From contig NIVC01000337.1 in NCBI GenBank assembly GCA_002269645.1, forward strand, positions 682,001-746,000: a DNA stretch of 64,000 nt. The letters run 5' to 3'. The DNA is from Macrostomum lignano (lineage: Eukaryota). Each line of letters starts with the position of its first letter. Position 1 is the stretch's first letter. Shown piece after piece: positions 1 through 18,300 of the stretch. The notes under the pieces were generated by a model. It worked only from the letters and a program-made list of their open reading frames with translations, made no database searches and was not told the origin of the DNA. A program made the position numbers and the translations under genes.

Positions 1-1135
1 AAATATTCAAGTGGGTACTTCTGACGTTGTGTGCGTCGGAATTTTAAAATAGTGTGGAAAAGACGGCTTTTCGGACATCAGCTGCCCCATCCCCATCCCC
101 AAGCAGGAATATGCTGAAAAATGCAACTATCGGACTTTATTGGATTGCGCGGTACACTTCCGCTAAATTGGACTTTTCGGTCTGCTAATGTGGTCCGCTA
201 CAAAAATTATTTGAAAATTAGCGTTAGGGGACTACATGTATACCGCTAATCCATGGAAAAAAGTTTGCGTTTTGCAAATATTGCATACATGCAGTACGAG
301 TTCTCTAATAGAATGATATGCCAGAACAAAATCAAAAGGATTCACAAACAAAACCATTTAGACAAACTTGACGCTTTAAGTAAAGCTTTTACGCTTTAAC
401 TGCATTATCGTTAACTGTTGGTGCGGCTAAAAAGCATTGCAGGTGTCCGCGATCGAGCTAACGATACGCATAACGGAAATGATAACATCCCTTATAAATT
501 GAACACAATTAGGCATTCACACTAAGCTTATGCATCAATTGTATTTTGGACAACGCCTTTAATTTCGATAGTTTACTTATAATACTTATTACTTTTCTAT
601 CGCTAACGACTACTAGAGCAGGAATGAAGGGTCCCTGATTCGGGGGGGGGGGGGGGGTTCGTGGCTTATTCAGTGTTAAAATTGTCGCCTTGACAATCCA
701 AAAAGTGCAATGAATTAATAACTGTGTTTAATTTTTCGTATTTTGTTAGGAGAGATAAACGACTTTTAGCCTATGAAAAGCAATTTGTCTTTTATATTCT
801 TTGAGTTTGTTATTGCAGATGAAAAACTATTAAAATAAAACATCGTTTCACAGAAATTTTTTGCTTTCACTTTTACTTTCTGACTTCAAACATTCGTAGA
901 TACAGTATACTCTGATTACTTAATTAAATATTAATTACAGTTAGTTGTACTTGATATTGCTAGTCTATTAATCTTAATAATTTGAGCTTTCCTTGTAGAC
1001 AACGTTGAATTAAGTGAAATTCCAAATTAGTGCCACAGTGGGGATTAGTTATCAATAAATAATCGCATTCTGAACAATCAATTTAACTCGTTTGCAATTT
1101 GTATAATTAAAGTTAGTGTTGATTAATTAACGAGA

Positions 1136-6016
<4,881 letters not shown>

Positions 6017-6984
6017 GTTGGGCGCTCAGGTGGGCTCGAGTCCCGGACCTAGGGGTGGCTGAGGCGGAACTAACAACAATTTCTGTTTTTCTTTACACAC
6101 ACCTACGAATAGCAAGGAACCGCTGGCACCAAACCAATTGTGATCTGTTTTTTTGCCTGTCTCTCACTGGCTCGCACGCTGCTCCTTCCTATCTTACCGT
6201 ATGCTAACTATTGGATTTATATTCCTATAAAAACAAACTCGAATGCTCGTCACTGCCTACTTAACTGGTGAGTAGCATCCCGTCAAGAAAATGTTTTTCT
6301 ATGTTTTAGTACGTAAAGACGTAAAGATAGAAGCTTTCCTGAATTGGTTGATTAGCTGAATTACTCTTAAATGAAATTATTTGCGATAGCTTATTAATAT
6401 TTTATGAGCAGTACGGTAAGCATATGTAATGTTAGGAAAAATCAGTCTGAAGTTTTTGCGCGTTATTCTATCGGTTGGCGCTTTATTCAGAGGAGCCAAT
6501 AGTTAATTAATACGTAATTTGTGTTTAGATGAAGCCAGCTTTAGTTTAGAATTTCTTTCTCTATCAATTCAATGCTGCGTCTCTTCTAGAAGAAAAACTT
6601 CAAGCTGTTTCCTGTTATGGCTATTTAATTAATTCACTATTTCTGCTAACTTGACAACTGCGTTAACTAATTGCTACATGTGAACGAAAATTTTAGCAAG
6701 TATATGTATGCTCGTATAGTAAAAAATGTTTTTTCTACGTGTATGAGCTTGTTCAAAAATTTTGAAGCCTTACAGACTGTGTGATTTATACCTAGCAGGG
6801 AGATCTTAATGGGATCATGGCAGCTCAATAATAATGGTTCCTAGTACAGAAAGAATTAAAATTCGCACAGCCTACTTATGTTGTGAACATTCTCAGTAGT
6901 ACAGAAATAGAATTTATGAAAATTCTCAAATTTCTACATTATTAGATTGATATGCTTGATTGAGCATTCCCTGTACATTCTGTC

Positions 6985-8155
6985 AACCGGAACCGGACAG
7001 TACCATATAAGAACCGGACGGTACCATATAACAACCGAACTGTATCAGATAAGAACCGGACAGTACCATATAAGAACCGGACAGTACCATATAAGAACCG
7101 GATGGTACCATATAAGAACCGGACAGTATCAGATAAGAAACGGACAGTACCATATAAGAACCGGACGGTACCAATTATCAACCGAACAGTATCAGATAAG
7201 GACCAGACAGTACCATATAAGAACCGGACGGTACCAATTAACAACCGGACAGTACCATATAAGAACCGGACAGTATCATATAAGAACCGGACGGTACCAT
7301 ATAAGAACCGGACAGTATCAGATAAGAACCGGACAGTACCATATAAGAACCGGACGGTACCATATAAGAACCGGACGGTACCAATTAACAACCGAACAGT
7401 ATCAGATAAGAACCGGACAGTACCATATAAGAACCGGACGGTACCAATTAACAACCGAACAGTATCAGATATGAACCGGACAGTACCATATAAGAACCGG
7501 ACGGTACCAATTAACAACCGAACAGTATCAGATAAGAACCGGACAGTACCATATAAGAACCGGACAGTATCAGATAATAACCGGACAGTATCAGATAAGA
7601 ACCGGACAGTACCAATTAAGAACCGGACAGTATCAAATAATAACCGGACAGTACCATATAAGAACCGGACAGTACCATATAAGAACCGGACGGTACCAAT
7701 TAACAACCGAACAGTATCAGATATGAACCGGACAGTACCATATAAGAACCGGACGGTACCAATTAACAACCGAACAGTATCAGATAAGAACCGGACAGTA
7801 CCATATAAGAACCGGACAGTATCAGATAATAACCGGACAGTATCAGATAAGAACCGGACGGTACCAATTAAGAACCGGACAGTATCAAATAATAACCGGA
7901 CAGTACCATATAAGAACCGGACAGTACCATATAAGAACCGGACGGTACCATATAAGAACCGGACAGTATCAGATAAGAATTGGACATTACCATATAAGAA
8001 CCGGACAGTACCGTATAAGAACAGGACAGTACCAGGCAAGAACCGGACAGTATCAGATAATAACCGGACAGTATCAGATAATAACCGGACAGTACCATAT
8101 AAGAACCGGACAGTATCAGATAATAACCGGACAGTACCAGGCAAGAACCGGACGG
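6985..8155. repeat. 21-bp minisatellite (aagaaccggacagtaccatat), intergenic
   Basis: Tandem copies, including a duplicated block of about 12 units; explains ORFs 6942..8240 and 7102..8259. Confidence 0.95.
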
Positions 8156-8825
8156 GACACTGTTTTAGCCTACGGTATGGGCTGATAGATACTTGTTTTA
8201 TTATAGTTAATAACTGGCTTTTTATATCTATAAAGTACATGTACTTTACGATGGCTTAGAGAATATCGCGCACAAGGGCTTCCAGTTATTGTTAGAAGGC
8301 ATGGCTTGGATGCTATTTGCTTCTTCTGGCTTGAAAATCATTCATGGCTGCTTCCATTTTTCAGCTGACCCGCATTTTATTAATGTTTCATTAATAAGAT
8401 ATTGTGTTTGTATTGCAGTCCCAGTTGGAAGCTGGCTTGGCTGAGGGCTTGTGCTGGCACTTTAAATTCTCGAAGTATGAAGAACTGGTTATTAATGCCA
8501 ATGAATGCCTGTTCAAAGGCCTTTTAAACTGTAGCGCTTCAACTTGCTGAAGAGATGCCAGAGAGCGATAAAAATACAATAGGCAGAGCTACTGGGGGAG
8601 GTTGGAGATGAAACTGTTGAGTCCAAGTGATACGAAGTTTAATTTATTCACGCGAACAAGTGCAGATTTTGTTGAAAGAGAGAGCTGGCTGCCAAAGGCC
8701 AAACAGTATACTGTAAATGAAAATTCTTCAAAGAAACCGCGTTTTATTAAAGAGTCGCTCAAAGGCATTTTAACTACATTGAGTTAGGCCACCGCCTACA
8801 ATTGATAAGCCACAAAAGAGACGAA

Positions 8826-10127
8826 ATGCCTGGCCATCGAGCTGACTGCGTGGATGATGTTCTACAGCCGTCCTCTTCATCGCCGCCTGCTGACTACCTG
8901 CTGGCGCTGGCAAAAGATTCTGAAGCTGCGAGCCAAGGCGAATGCGCTTCAGATTCAACTGCTCGTCAGGAAAGAACTGTGTCAGGGGTTTGTCAAAGCA
9001 AAACAGCATCGGATGCTACTTTTCAGGACAAACCTGTGTCGGAAGATACTTGTGAGGAAAGAGCAGCGTCGGAAGATGATTGTCAGGAAAGAACAGCGTC
9101 GGAAGCTACTTGGCAGGAAAGAACAGCGTCGGAAGCTACTTGTCAGGAAAGAACAGCGTCGGAAGCTACTTGGCAGGAAAGAACAGCGTCGGAAGCTACT
9201 TGTCAGGAAAGAACAGCGTCGGAAGCTACTTGTCAGGAAAGAGCAGCGTCGGAATCTACTTATGAGGATAGAACAACGTCGGAAGCTACTTGTGAGGAAA
9301 GAACAACGTCGGAAGCTACTTGTCAGGAAAGAGCAGCGTCGAAATCTACTTGTGAGGATAGAACAACGTCGGAAGCTACTTGTGAGGAAAGAACAACGTC
9401 GGAAGCTACTTGTCAGGAAAGAGCAGCGTCGGAAGCTACTTGTCAGGAAAGAACAGCTTTGGAAGCTGATTGTCAGCGCGATCGTTCAGACGCAATATTT
9501 CTCGAAGCAGCATTGGAAAAGTTCAGCTCACAAAACCGCTATTTAACCACTGCCGCAGCCGCACACTCGGATCGAGTGCTATCTGCAGAAGATGACTCGC
9601 ACAAACTGTCGCAACTCTATCGGCGGATACTGCAGCGTCAGTCGCATTATGTTGCTTCGGAGTCCTTAGAGTCCTTGGACCGAGTTTCTGAAGCAGACCT
9701 GCTGGACAACGATCCCGGACCTCGGCTGCGCAGCCAGCTGCTCAAGCAGGTTGTCGACGCAATGTCCTATGCAGCTGTTGCGGCCGCGACTGACGCCGCC
9801 ATGGCTGACTTTTCCGCTATTCTAGAGCGACGCCTTGCCGACAGCTGCAGTCCACTGGAAGGTCGAAGCATCGCTGCAAGTCTCGTTGTGGACGCTCTGA
9901 AGGCGTTGGAAAATATTGGATTGATTGGCAGCGGCCGACGCCATCGGAAGGCGGTCATCTTGGTCACCGTTGGCGAGCAAGCGAACAGCTACAGAGACAG
10001 TCGGCTGTCGTGGTTAACCCGCTTCGGCGGTCTTGACGGCAGCGTCAGTAATTCGATTGTTCGAGCGATGCATTGCAGATTTAACTCGACTTTTGTCGTG
10101 ATGGTCTGCCATATATTTCTTATTTAA
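8826..10127 (+). CDS. Single-exon 433-aa protein: acidic 10-aa repeat region (CQERTASEAT)n plus a putative divergent Tctex-1 (dynein light chain) domain at the C-terminus
   Basis: Open frame with first ATG at 8826, non-repetitive on both sides of the repeat. The C-terminus (ILERRL...HRKAVILVTVGEQ...DGSVS...NSTFVVMVCHIFLI*) resembles the Tctex-1 pattern RYK-V-V-IGE...D...N...V.V. AATAAA at 10320-10325. The family assignment is by eye. Confidence 0.6.
   Translation: MPGHRADCVDDVLQPSSSSPPADYLLALAKDSEAASQGECASDSTARQERTVSGVCQSKTASDATFQDKPVSEDTCEERAASEDDCQERTASEATWQERTASEATCQERTASEATWQERTASEATCQERTASEATCQERAASESTYEDRTTSEATCEERTTSEATCQERAASKSTCEDRTTSEATCEERTTSEATCQERAASEATCQERTALEADCQRDRSDAIFLEAALEKFSSQNRYLTTAAAAHSDRVLSAEDDSHKLSQLYRRILQRQSHYVASESLESLDRVSEADLLDNDPGPRLRSQLLKQVVDAMSYAAVAAATDAAMADFSAILERRLADSCSPLEGRSIAASLVVDALKALENIGLIGSGRRHRKAVILVTVGEQANSYRDSRLSWLTRFGGLDGSVSNSIVRAMHCRFNSTFVVMVCHIFLI
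9050..9455 (+). repeat. 30-bp coding tandem repeat (tgtcaggaaagaacagcgtcggaagctact)
   Basis: In-frame copies inside ORF 8826..10127. Confidence 0.9.
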
Positions 10128-11313
10128 CGGGCTAGTAGTAAGCATACCAGGTATGTTAATTTGCATTCGGTTGCAAGCAAGTTTGCATGGTGATTGGAAA
10201 TTGGTAAACTTGATGCCTTACTTCACATGCACATGTACACAGTTATCGAGTAATTGCGTAAATATGTAAAAGGCCGATTCACATTACCGTAATTGTTCAT
10301 GTGTAGCTCAAACAGTGTAAATAAACCAATTTTAAAACTGAGTCCTAAAACTGGTACATGCAGAATTCAATATTGATTTTGAATATACGAGCTACTCATC
10401 CGTGGTGCTATATTCAATCTATGCATGCAGGCATATATTTAACAGTAAATCACAGGTAAATTTTACTTCATATAACATGTACCTCTGTTAATCAATTGAT
10501 GTGATCATTGTTTCAACTATATATTTATGCCTGCACGCCAAGTTATTCTCTGATTGCACGTTGGTATGTTTATCAGAAGAGAAGTCAGGGTGGAGACCTG
10601 CACACAGCTGGACTCGGTCTCTGCATGTTGAACTTTTGTGCCTGCACCTGTTTTAGCGAGATTTACTAAACAGAACAAAAATAGCAAGGTAGCAACTTCC
10701 TGTCATGATTTAATCTCAAGGACCTCCACAAACTGTATCTATTATGTTTTGCCTGTATATTGGGGGGTCCTTCCAAAAGCGAGAATCAATTGTTGCTGCA
10801 GTAGAACGGAAATTTGAGCCGCACAGCCGGAGGTCTCACAGGAAATTATTATTTGCTCAGAAATTCAGGCCTTTGTTTATATACATATACTACCTTTATT
10901 AAAGGCCCGCATACCGTACGCGGGTCAAAGTACAAAACTTTGGTGTGAATCCTTTTGAAAGGTTTTTAAGAAGAAAGCAATTGATTTCCAGTTCCGATCT
11001 GTGAGCTGTGAGCTCTCAAGAGCTTTGGATAGAATCCGACTTAAAAATTCCATGCATACCGTCAATTCTACTATGTACATTAGTGCATATACTGTGATGA
11101 ATGTGCGACCGAGAGAAATCGTCTTTGTTAAATGCATCATAAAGCATATTAGATATAGATCGAGAGTATGCATCAGTTAAGCAAGGGGGGCTGAGCAATC
11201 GATAGCAAATAGCAATTAACGTACATCATGATTCTGGGGGACGGGCCTGGTGGTTGGAGGGTGCAGGTGAGCATACAATAAATTCAAATTCAGCGAAAAT
11301 TCAGCGACAGAGA

Positions 11314-11573
11314 GGGCCTTTTCATATTGCTTGCTCTGGTTCCAGAACCAGAACCAATTTGTGAAGTATAACTTTTTGTCTCCATAACTAGAGGGAGATA
11401 CGTGCTATAAAGTTTTTATTATTGAATGACAATCGCCAAGAAGAAAGTGAAAAATTGCGCTAAGTTAGGTTGTTAAGGCAGTTAAATATTAACAGAGTTT
11501 AATAGTTATACTGCTGTTTTTCTTGGAATTCCGAACCGATTCTGGTTCTGGAATTGGTAATATGAAAAGGCCC
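11314..11573. mobile_element. 260-bp MITE, PIF/Harbinger-like
   Basis: Perfect 15-bp TIR gggccttttcatatt (11314-11328 / 11559-11573), subterminal ttccagaaccagaa inverted on both sides, and a 3-bp direct repeat AGA flanking both ends. Confidence 0.75.
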
Positions 11574-11579
11574 AGATTA

Positions 11580-12383
11580 TATGGACAAATTCGGCGAAAG
11601 CACATTCGGCGACAATAAAGTAAGAACAATTGTGTATAATCTTATTGAATATTTACATGACTACTAGTAGTAGAACAGTATTAGTCGATGCATATTAGCT
11701 TTTTCCTTTTATTTGAGTTAGTTTTTTTAAGTTTTATCCTGTGCTTTTTTAAAATGTGCTTTCTAAGAAAATTTCGTTCACGCGATGTCCATGACCGGCT
11801 TTTCAGTTCCAGTTCCTGATTAGATAACAATAAACAAAAAGGTCGATTTAGCAAAAAAAACTTGAATGTAAAACGATTTTACCGTGTCACCATACAGCGA
11901 TATGATGGCGTCAACTAGCTAGCTGCTGGGGACCCAAGGTTCGTAGGACAAAAGGAAGTGCGACTCTCAGCACAGCGTCAAACTCCTTTATAAACCCTAA
12001 TAATTAACGCCGAATAAAGGCCGAGACCTTTCACAGAGTCGTGAAAGGTCTCGGCCTTTCAATCAGAGTTGTCACCCATTTTCCAATTTATGAGGTTCAT
12101 GATGGCAGTAAACAGTACAGTCGTTTTAATACGCTTGAGCAAAGATCGAGCACATTTGATTACGCGAGGTCCGAGTCTGGGTAAAATTTCTTTTACAGTG
12201 CCAAATGGCTTTAAGAAAGTGGACAGAAATGCAAAGCCAAATTTAGAGGAGAATATACGGAGAACTTTCATGAGCATTTTAAGAAAGCCTTATTACATGT
12301 AATTTAATTTTCTTATAAAAAAGACTTGTCGCCGAATTTGCCTAGATTGTCGCCGAATTTTTCTATCGCCGAATTTGTCCATG
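11580..12383. mobile_element. About 800-bp non-autonomous TIR element with TA flanks (Tc1/mariner-type TSD)
   Basis: Perfect 17-bp inverted repeat atggacaaattcggcga (11581-11597 / 12366-12382), repeated subterminal ttcggcgacaa motifs in inverted orientation, and TA at both ends. Confidence 0.7.
12016..12059. other. Perfect 19-bp-stem hairpin with a 6-nt loop
   Basis: aaaggccgagacctttcac-agagtc-gtgaaaggtctcggccttt. Confidence 0.9.
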
Positions 12384-13238
12384 TATGGAGGAGATTTTCC
12401 GACAAGATGTTTGATATGAATTTTTATAAGAAAATGTAATATTTGATATATTGCGATACGCCAAATAGTTTAGGCGCTAGACAAACCTACTGGAGCAATC
12501 GGAGATTTTAAAGCTATTAGTCCTGCCTATCTCCGGTTGGCGAGTCTTATCAAGCTTATTTGAATTTATTCGAAAACAGATATAAGCAGAAATAATATGT
12601 ACTGAATCTAATTCTAGTTTTTAAACAGGCACTGCACTATGAAAAGCATGTCTTATTTTATTTCTTCAAACACGATTTCAAGCTGTTTATACAATGCGAT
12701 TCCAAGTACTACAATCACTCAGGAAAAAATCAGCTATAACAAACCACAGAACTTTTCTGTTTTTTGTGATAACAACTTCCATTCTACAACTGTATGTTGA
12801 ATTAAAGTGAAAATATGCACGATTTTGGGTACGCAAAAAATTTAAGTTTCATAAAATAACTAAACTGTTCTTCCTAACTTAACTTTATTTTAAGGTCTGA
12901 AAAGTTCAAGATCAAGATTTAGGGCACAAATTTGACGGCAATTTAGTCATAACGATTATCGTTTTGTACAGTAAAACAAATTTAACCCTTGAATATACAC
13001 AATTATTGTACTAAGTAACTAAAAAGACTATTTTCTTTTCATGAAAGTATTGAAAATAAAAAAATTTTAATTATGTATAGTATAACGGCAAGACACGTAG
13101 TGTGACGTGGGAGTCTTACTATTTAAACGCGTATTAGCCAACAATTCTACTTACTCTACTTCTCATCTCTACTCAGTCTCTTTAGCTTATTACTATTAGT
13201 TGCACGTTTATTAGTACTTAGTACATCGCATTAAAACT

Positions 13239-16200
13239 ATGTTTATGTTTAAGCTGGCTCTTTTCTCCCTTGTGGCATGCGTTGCATTTGCCGATGAAGC
13301 TATCACGGAAGAGGAAGGCGTTCTTGTTCTGACTGAAAAGAACTTTGATTCTGCACTGCAAGCGAACAAGTATATCTTGGTCGAGTTTTGTAAGTTCTGC
13401 CCATGACTGAATGCATTTCATTACTTTTTTTGAAGTTTCTTCATACAATGGTCAGTCAATACATATAATTTTTTTCAATAGCTAGCTAGGCGCTAGGCTT
13501 AGTGATATGAGTAAAAATTGTCTCATAGTTATAAGACTAAGGCCTAATCCGAATATTGTATAATATGCAATGCAATGCATAAAAAACTATAATGTATTGA
13601 TCATACTCTAATAATAATAATACTTTAATGGAAAAATTAACAAACTTTAACTTTTGCATATTTAATTGTATTCTTGATTGACTTTAGTCCTAAATTTCTG
13701 ACAATCTTTTATTAAAGGCAGATTCAATCAAATAGATAAATTGATGAATTTCAATGGATAGATTGACTGACTAAGATTGTCAATTGTCAACTAATTAAAC
13801 TGGTGAATGGATAGTCTAATAGATAAACAAAAATGAACAATGAATTAATATAGTAATATGCAAGTAGGTGGCTAGCAATATATTTTGACTTTGGTTTATT
13901 AAGCTCATTAAGTTTTGTAACTGCTTGTGACTGTGTTATGAGTCTACTATATCCCATTGTCCAAATCATGTTGATTGTATGCCCAAACAAAAATTGAATA
14001 GTTACAAATGCATGCCAAAAAAAATTTAGTGCACACCTATTCTTAAAAATGTGCCGATGTTGCGACAATAAATGACCTTTTCTCAATTACATAATAGACC
14101 CTTAATTAGCAAATAATTTAGTTGATTTTTAAGTTTTTTGGCAATATATTTTAAAGCAAAAAATTAATACAGGCAAATATTTCTTTACATGCTTCTTACA
14201 AGCTTGAAAAAATCAGAAAAATTAAAATTTATGCTTACAAATTAACTTTCATTTTTTCTATTTCATAATAACTCTTATGTGTGATTCTATAAAGTGCATG
14301 CCAGGTGTGCATGGCACTGCATGCATAGTATTTTCTTAGGAGTGATGTACCCTAACTGTGCATACCTAATTTTAATTAAAGATTATGCCAATAATTCATT
14401 TTAAACATCATTTTGCATTCACTCAAACAAACCATAAACTTTCAAGAAATTAAATTTCCTAAAGTAAATGATTGCCAATAATTTTATAAGCATTGCTTTT
14501 AGTTTTAGTATAAAAAATAGGGCTTCCCAAGTTAGAATTTTCCATATACTTATAAACATTTTAATTATCTCATCTAGGCAGCTTGAATATGATATTACTA
14601 TTTATTTAAAAAAATTAATTAGCTATATATATTGATTTCTTTTTTAGATGCCCCATGGTGTGGTCATTGCAAGGCTCTGGCTCCAGAGTATGCCAAGGCT
14701 GCTCAACAGCTAAAGGAAAAGAACTCTGAGATCAAGCTGGCCAAGGTTGATGCCACTGTTGAGGGCAAACTGGCTGAGAAGTATGGTGTGCAAGGCTACC
14801 CAACTATCAAGTTTTTCAAGGAGCAGACTCCCATTGAATACAGTGGCGGCCGCACTGCTGACACCATCATTTCCTGGCTAGAGAAGAAGCTTGGCCCACC
14901 TACCCAGCGCCTGGACTCTGTGGATGCTGCCCAGAAGTTCATCAATGACAAGGAAATTACTGTGATTGGATTCTTCAAGGACACCACCTCAGACAGTGCT
15001 AAGAGCTATGAGGATGCCGCCTTCTCCAAGCTGGAGGACATCCCCTGCGGTATGGCTGACAGCGCCGATATCATGGCCGAATTCAAGGTCGACCAGGACA
15101 CTGTCATGCTGTTCAAGAAGACCGACGGCGCCAGGATCCCCTATACTGGACCCTTCACTGCTGATGAGGTCGCCAAGTTTGTCAAGAACAACAAGCTGCC
15201 CCTGATCAACGAGTTCACCCAGGAGACCGCTGGCGACATCTTTGGCGGCGATGTTAAGAAGCACCTGCTCGTGTTCCTGAAGAAATCGGACGAGGCCCAG
15301 TTCTCCAACATCATGGACCAGTTGAAGGCTCCCGCTGAGCAGTTCAAGGGTGAGTCAAGTTTGCTTTTGAGGTCTCCACAACTGATCAGTGAACTGGTTG
15401 TCTCTCAAATCAATCCTTTCTAACCCACCTACGTTTCCACTGATTTTTTATCCAGACCAAATATTTGGTCAACTATGTCCCAGTATGCCAATCAAATTGC
15501 ATTGATCTGCTGCCAATTTGTTGGCTTTGGGGAAGAAGAGAGGTAAAGTGATATAATTAAAGGTTGAGGTTGCTATTATCTCTCCTGTCTTCCATTTATA
15601 TGCTTTGTAACTATTGAGTATTTCCTTGTCAGATGTTGAGAGGAACCCCATATTCCTGTTTCACAAACTATTTTTTCAATTGTCTTGTCGTTGTTGTTCC
15701 TTAGTAACAACACTGGGCTAACACACTGTGGCTCTATTGTAAACTGTAATGGCTTCACTGATCTTACTAGAGATGGTTACTCAGTCAATGTTGCATTGTT
15801 TCTCATATAAAAACCAACCGCTTCCTCCGCAGGCAAGGCTCTGTTCATCTACGTCGACATCGGTGTCGAGGATAACGAGCGCATTCTGGAGTTCTTCGGC
15901 CTGAAGAAAGAGGATTGCCCGGCCGTCCGATTCATCGCCCTGGACGAGGACATGGTCAAGTACAAGCCGGAGTTTACCGACATCACCGCCGACAACTTGG
16001 CCCAGTTTGTGCAGAGCGTATTGGACGGCAAGCTGAAGCCGCACCTCATGTCCCAGGAAGTGCCGGCCGACTGGGACAAGGAGCCCGTCAAGGTGCTGGT
16101 TGGCAAGAACTTCAACGAGGTTGCCCGCGACAAGACTAAGAACGTGCTGGTTGAGTTCTACGCTCCCTGGTGCGGCCACTGCAAGCAGCTGGCCCCGATC

Positions 16201-16547
16201 TGGGACAAGCTGGGCGAGGAGTACAAGAACCACGAGAACATCGTCATCGCCAAGATGGACTCCACGGCCAACGAGGTCGAGGACGTCAAGGTGCAGTCCT
16301 TCCCCACCATCAAGTTCTTCCCAGCCAACTCCGATGAGATCATCGACTACGAGGGCGACCGCACTCTGGAGGGCTTCAAGAAGTTCCTGGAGTCCGGCGG
16401 CAAGCAGGTCAAGGATGCGGTAAGTGTGCCCACTCGTCTGTTATTTTGCTTTGTCTTATTTAGAGTCCTACTTCCAGTTTCTTAATCAAGCCATCGTTAC
16501 TTCAGGGTGCCGAGTCCCAGGACGACAAGAAGAAGGAGGAGCTGTAG
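13239..16547 (+). CDS. P4HB: Protein disulfide isomerase (PDIA1/P4HB), 493 aa; exons 13239-13389, 14648-15349, 15833-16419, 16506-16547
   Basis: Signal peptide [18 protein letters not shown], two WCGHC active sites (YAPWCGHCK), a-b-b'-a' layout and C-terminal KEEL ER-retention signal. GT-AG junctions have consistent phases (1,1,0). Confidence 0.97.
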
Positions 16548-18300
16548 AATGGGTTCAACATTCACCTATGGCTCTGGAGCCCGGCATGACTTTTAAACTA
16601 TAAAGTTATTTCATATTTGATTGACAATTTTGTTCGTCTTTGTTCTTGTTCTACTTGTTTGTCTGTGTTTGTGTGCGCTGTTGCCTCCCCCCTTGATTGT
16701 TTCGCTTGCTTTTGCATGGTTTAACTGTTATTTGGAAATACAGAGCCCGTTTATAATACTACGGCTTGCTAGTTTGAATTATTCGCATGTTGCTAAATTG
16801 GTTCTATTGTAGCATTAGAAGAGTTAATTTAAACCAGTTATTAGCCCGCCTCCCAGCCCCCGATTTCTGAAATAATTCAGCGCAAACCGAAACACGAAGC
16901 ATTCTGACCTTGTATTTTGCTATTGTTCTTGGATTCTAGCCATAATTGATATTCTGGCTGTGTGCGCTGCCTCGGTCCAGCTGTTCAGCACCTCCAGCTC
17001 TCCTTATGTGCACCGAATTAAGCGTTAACCGAATACCAACTGTCCCGTTTCTGCGTCATTATAATTCATATTTCGAATCGGGCCATCCAAGCCCCAACTG
17101 AGCTAAACAGTAATCTGGACTGGCTTGAAAAGTTGACAACTAATGGAACGGCAGTTCTCCGAATTCCGCTTTGCTTTTGTCTTGCCGAATCAGTGGGGAG
17201 GGGGCTCTCCTGGTGTCGGATTCTCACGCACCGCTCTAATCACCTGACATGCAGCTTGGGGTGTCTGATTGTGTGTTTTATCTGGCCCCCAGTGAGTTCT
17301 GCGCTTCCAGTACTGCTCTACCGTGGGTCCTCCCAACAATTGGCTCTTTCGCATTGCTTCATTGCAAATTTATACTAATTTACTATACATCAGTTTCAAG
17401 CTAATCAATATATAAACCTGTCGCAGTTCCGGTGTGTTTAATTAATTTTTTTTCGGTGTCAATTCCGCAGACCAGCAGTTTGAATTAGTGCGCAATGTTC
17501 GCCTACTTTTTATTTCACCGGCCTGTTATCTGAGTGCTATTGTTATATTCTATAGCTTTCCATTATAGCTAGATTTATTGAATTAGTGGCGCCATCGAAT
17601 TCTTTGTGGTTCAGCCTAATGCAGAGTGTATAAGCTAGAGACCTGTTGTGTTATATACTCGCAAAAATTCGTTATAATTTTCTGTCCTTGTTACTTTTAG
17701 TAGAATAATAAAAAACCTGCACTGTAAAAATTGTGCGTGCCAACGAGGCCCAAAACTAGAAATGCGTGTGGACTGAGCGCTGTTTTTGTTGAAATAAAAC
17801 TAGCTATTAAGAAACGTTTGCTTTCGGATGTGGTGTTTCTCTCCAGCTTCTGGTTTCGGAAATGCAGTAATTAAACTTTTTAAGGCTGAGAATCGAATAG
17901 TTTGATGCACTTTATTTGTTTAGAATAAAATTCTTGTCATTGTCTGTTTGTCCCAGTCAATGTAAGCTAAGCTCTGTTTTAATGGTCTAAACACCTGTGG
18001 ACTAATGAAAATAAATCGGTCATTATGTTGCCGGCTAAAACATTGGGCTAAGTAGTCTGCGTTTCTTGTGTTGTTTCTTGTAATAAAAGACATTACTCTA
18101 TTCTAAACTACTAACTACATGCCAAGTCAATAGTATGAAGCGAGTAAAGTCATTTTATTTTGAATTGTAATAAAAACGCTTCGAAAAATATGCACGCAGG
18201 CTACGTGAGTATTGGTTTTGTGCTCGATGTCGGTGCATGCATGCAGTAATAAATATTCACGGTGGCTAAATGATGAATAGTTCCGCTTGCCACTCAGATG

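Noticed and set aside
8602-8787. Short ORF upstream of the Tctex-like gene as a possible exon 1
   Set aside because: No convincing donor/acceptor pair and no recognisable homology; left unannotated.
8854-9546. Basic repeat ORF (RKEQRRKLLV)n overlapping the Tctex-like gene
   Set aside because: An alternative frame of the same 30-bp repeat that ends soon after the array.
12016-12059. Hairpin as a bacterial terminator, cloning-vector BsaI cassette or hammerhead ribozyme
   Set aside because: It is embedded in a eukaryotic TIR element with no vector or bacterial context, and lacks a CUGAUGA...GAAA core in the proper arrangement.
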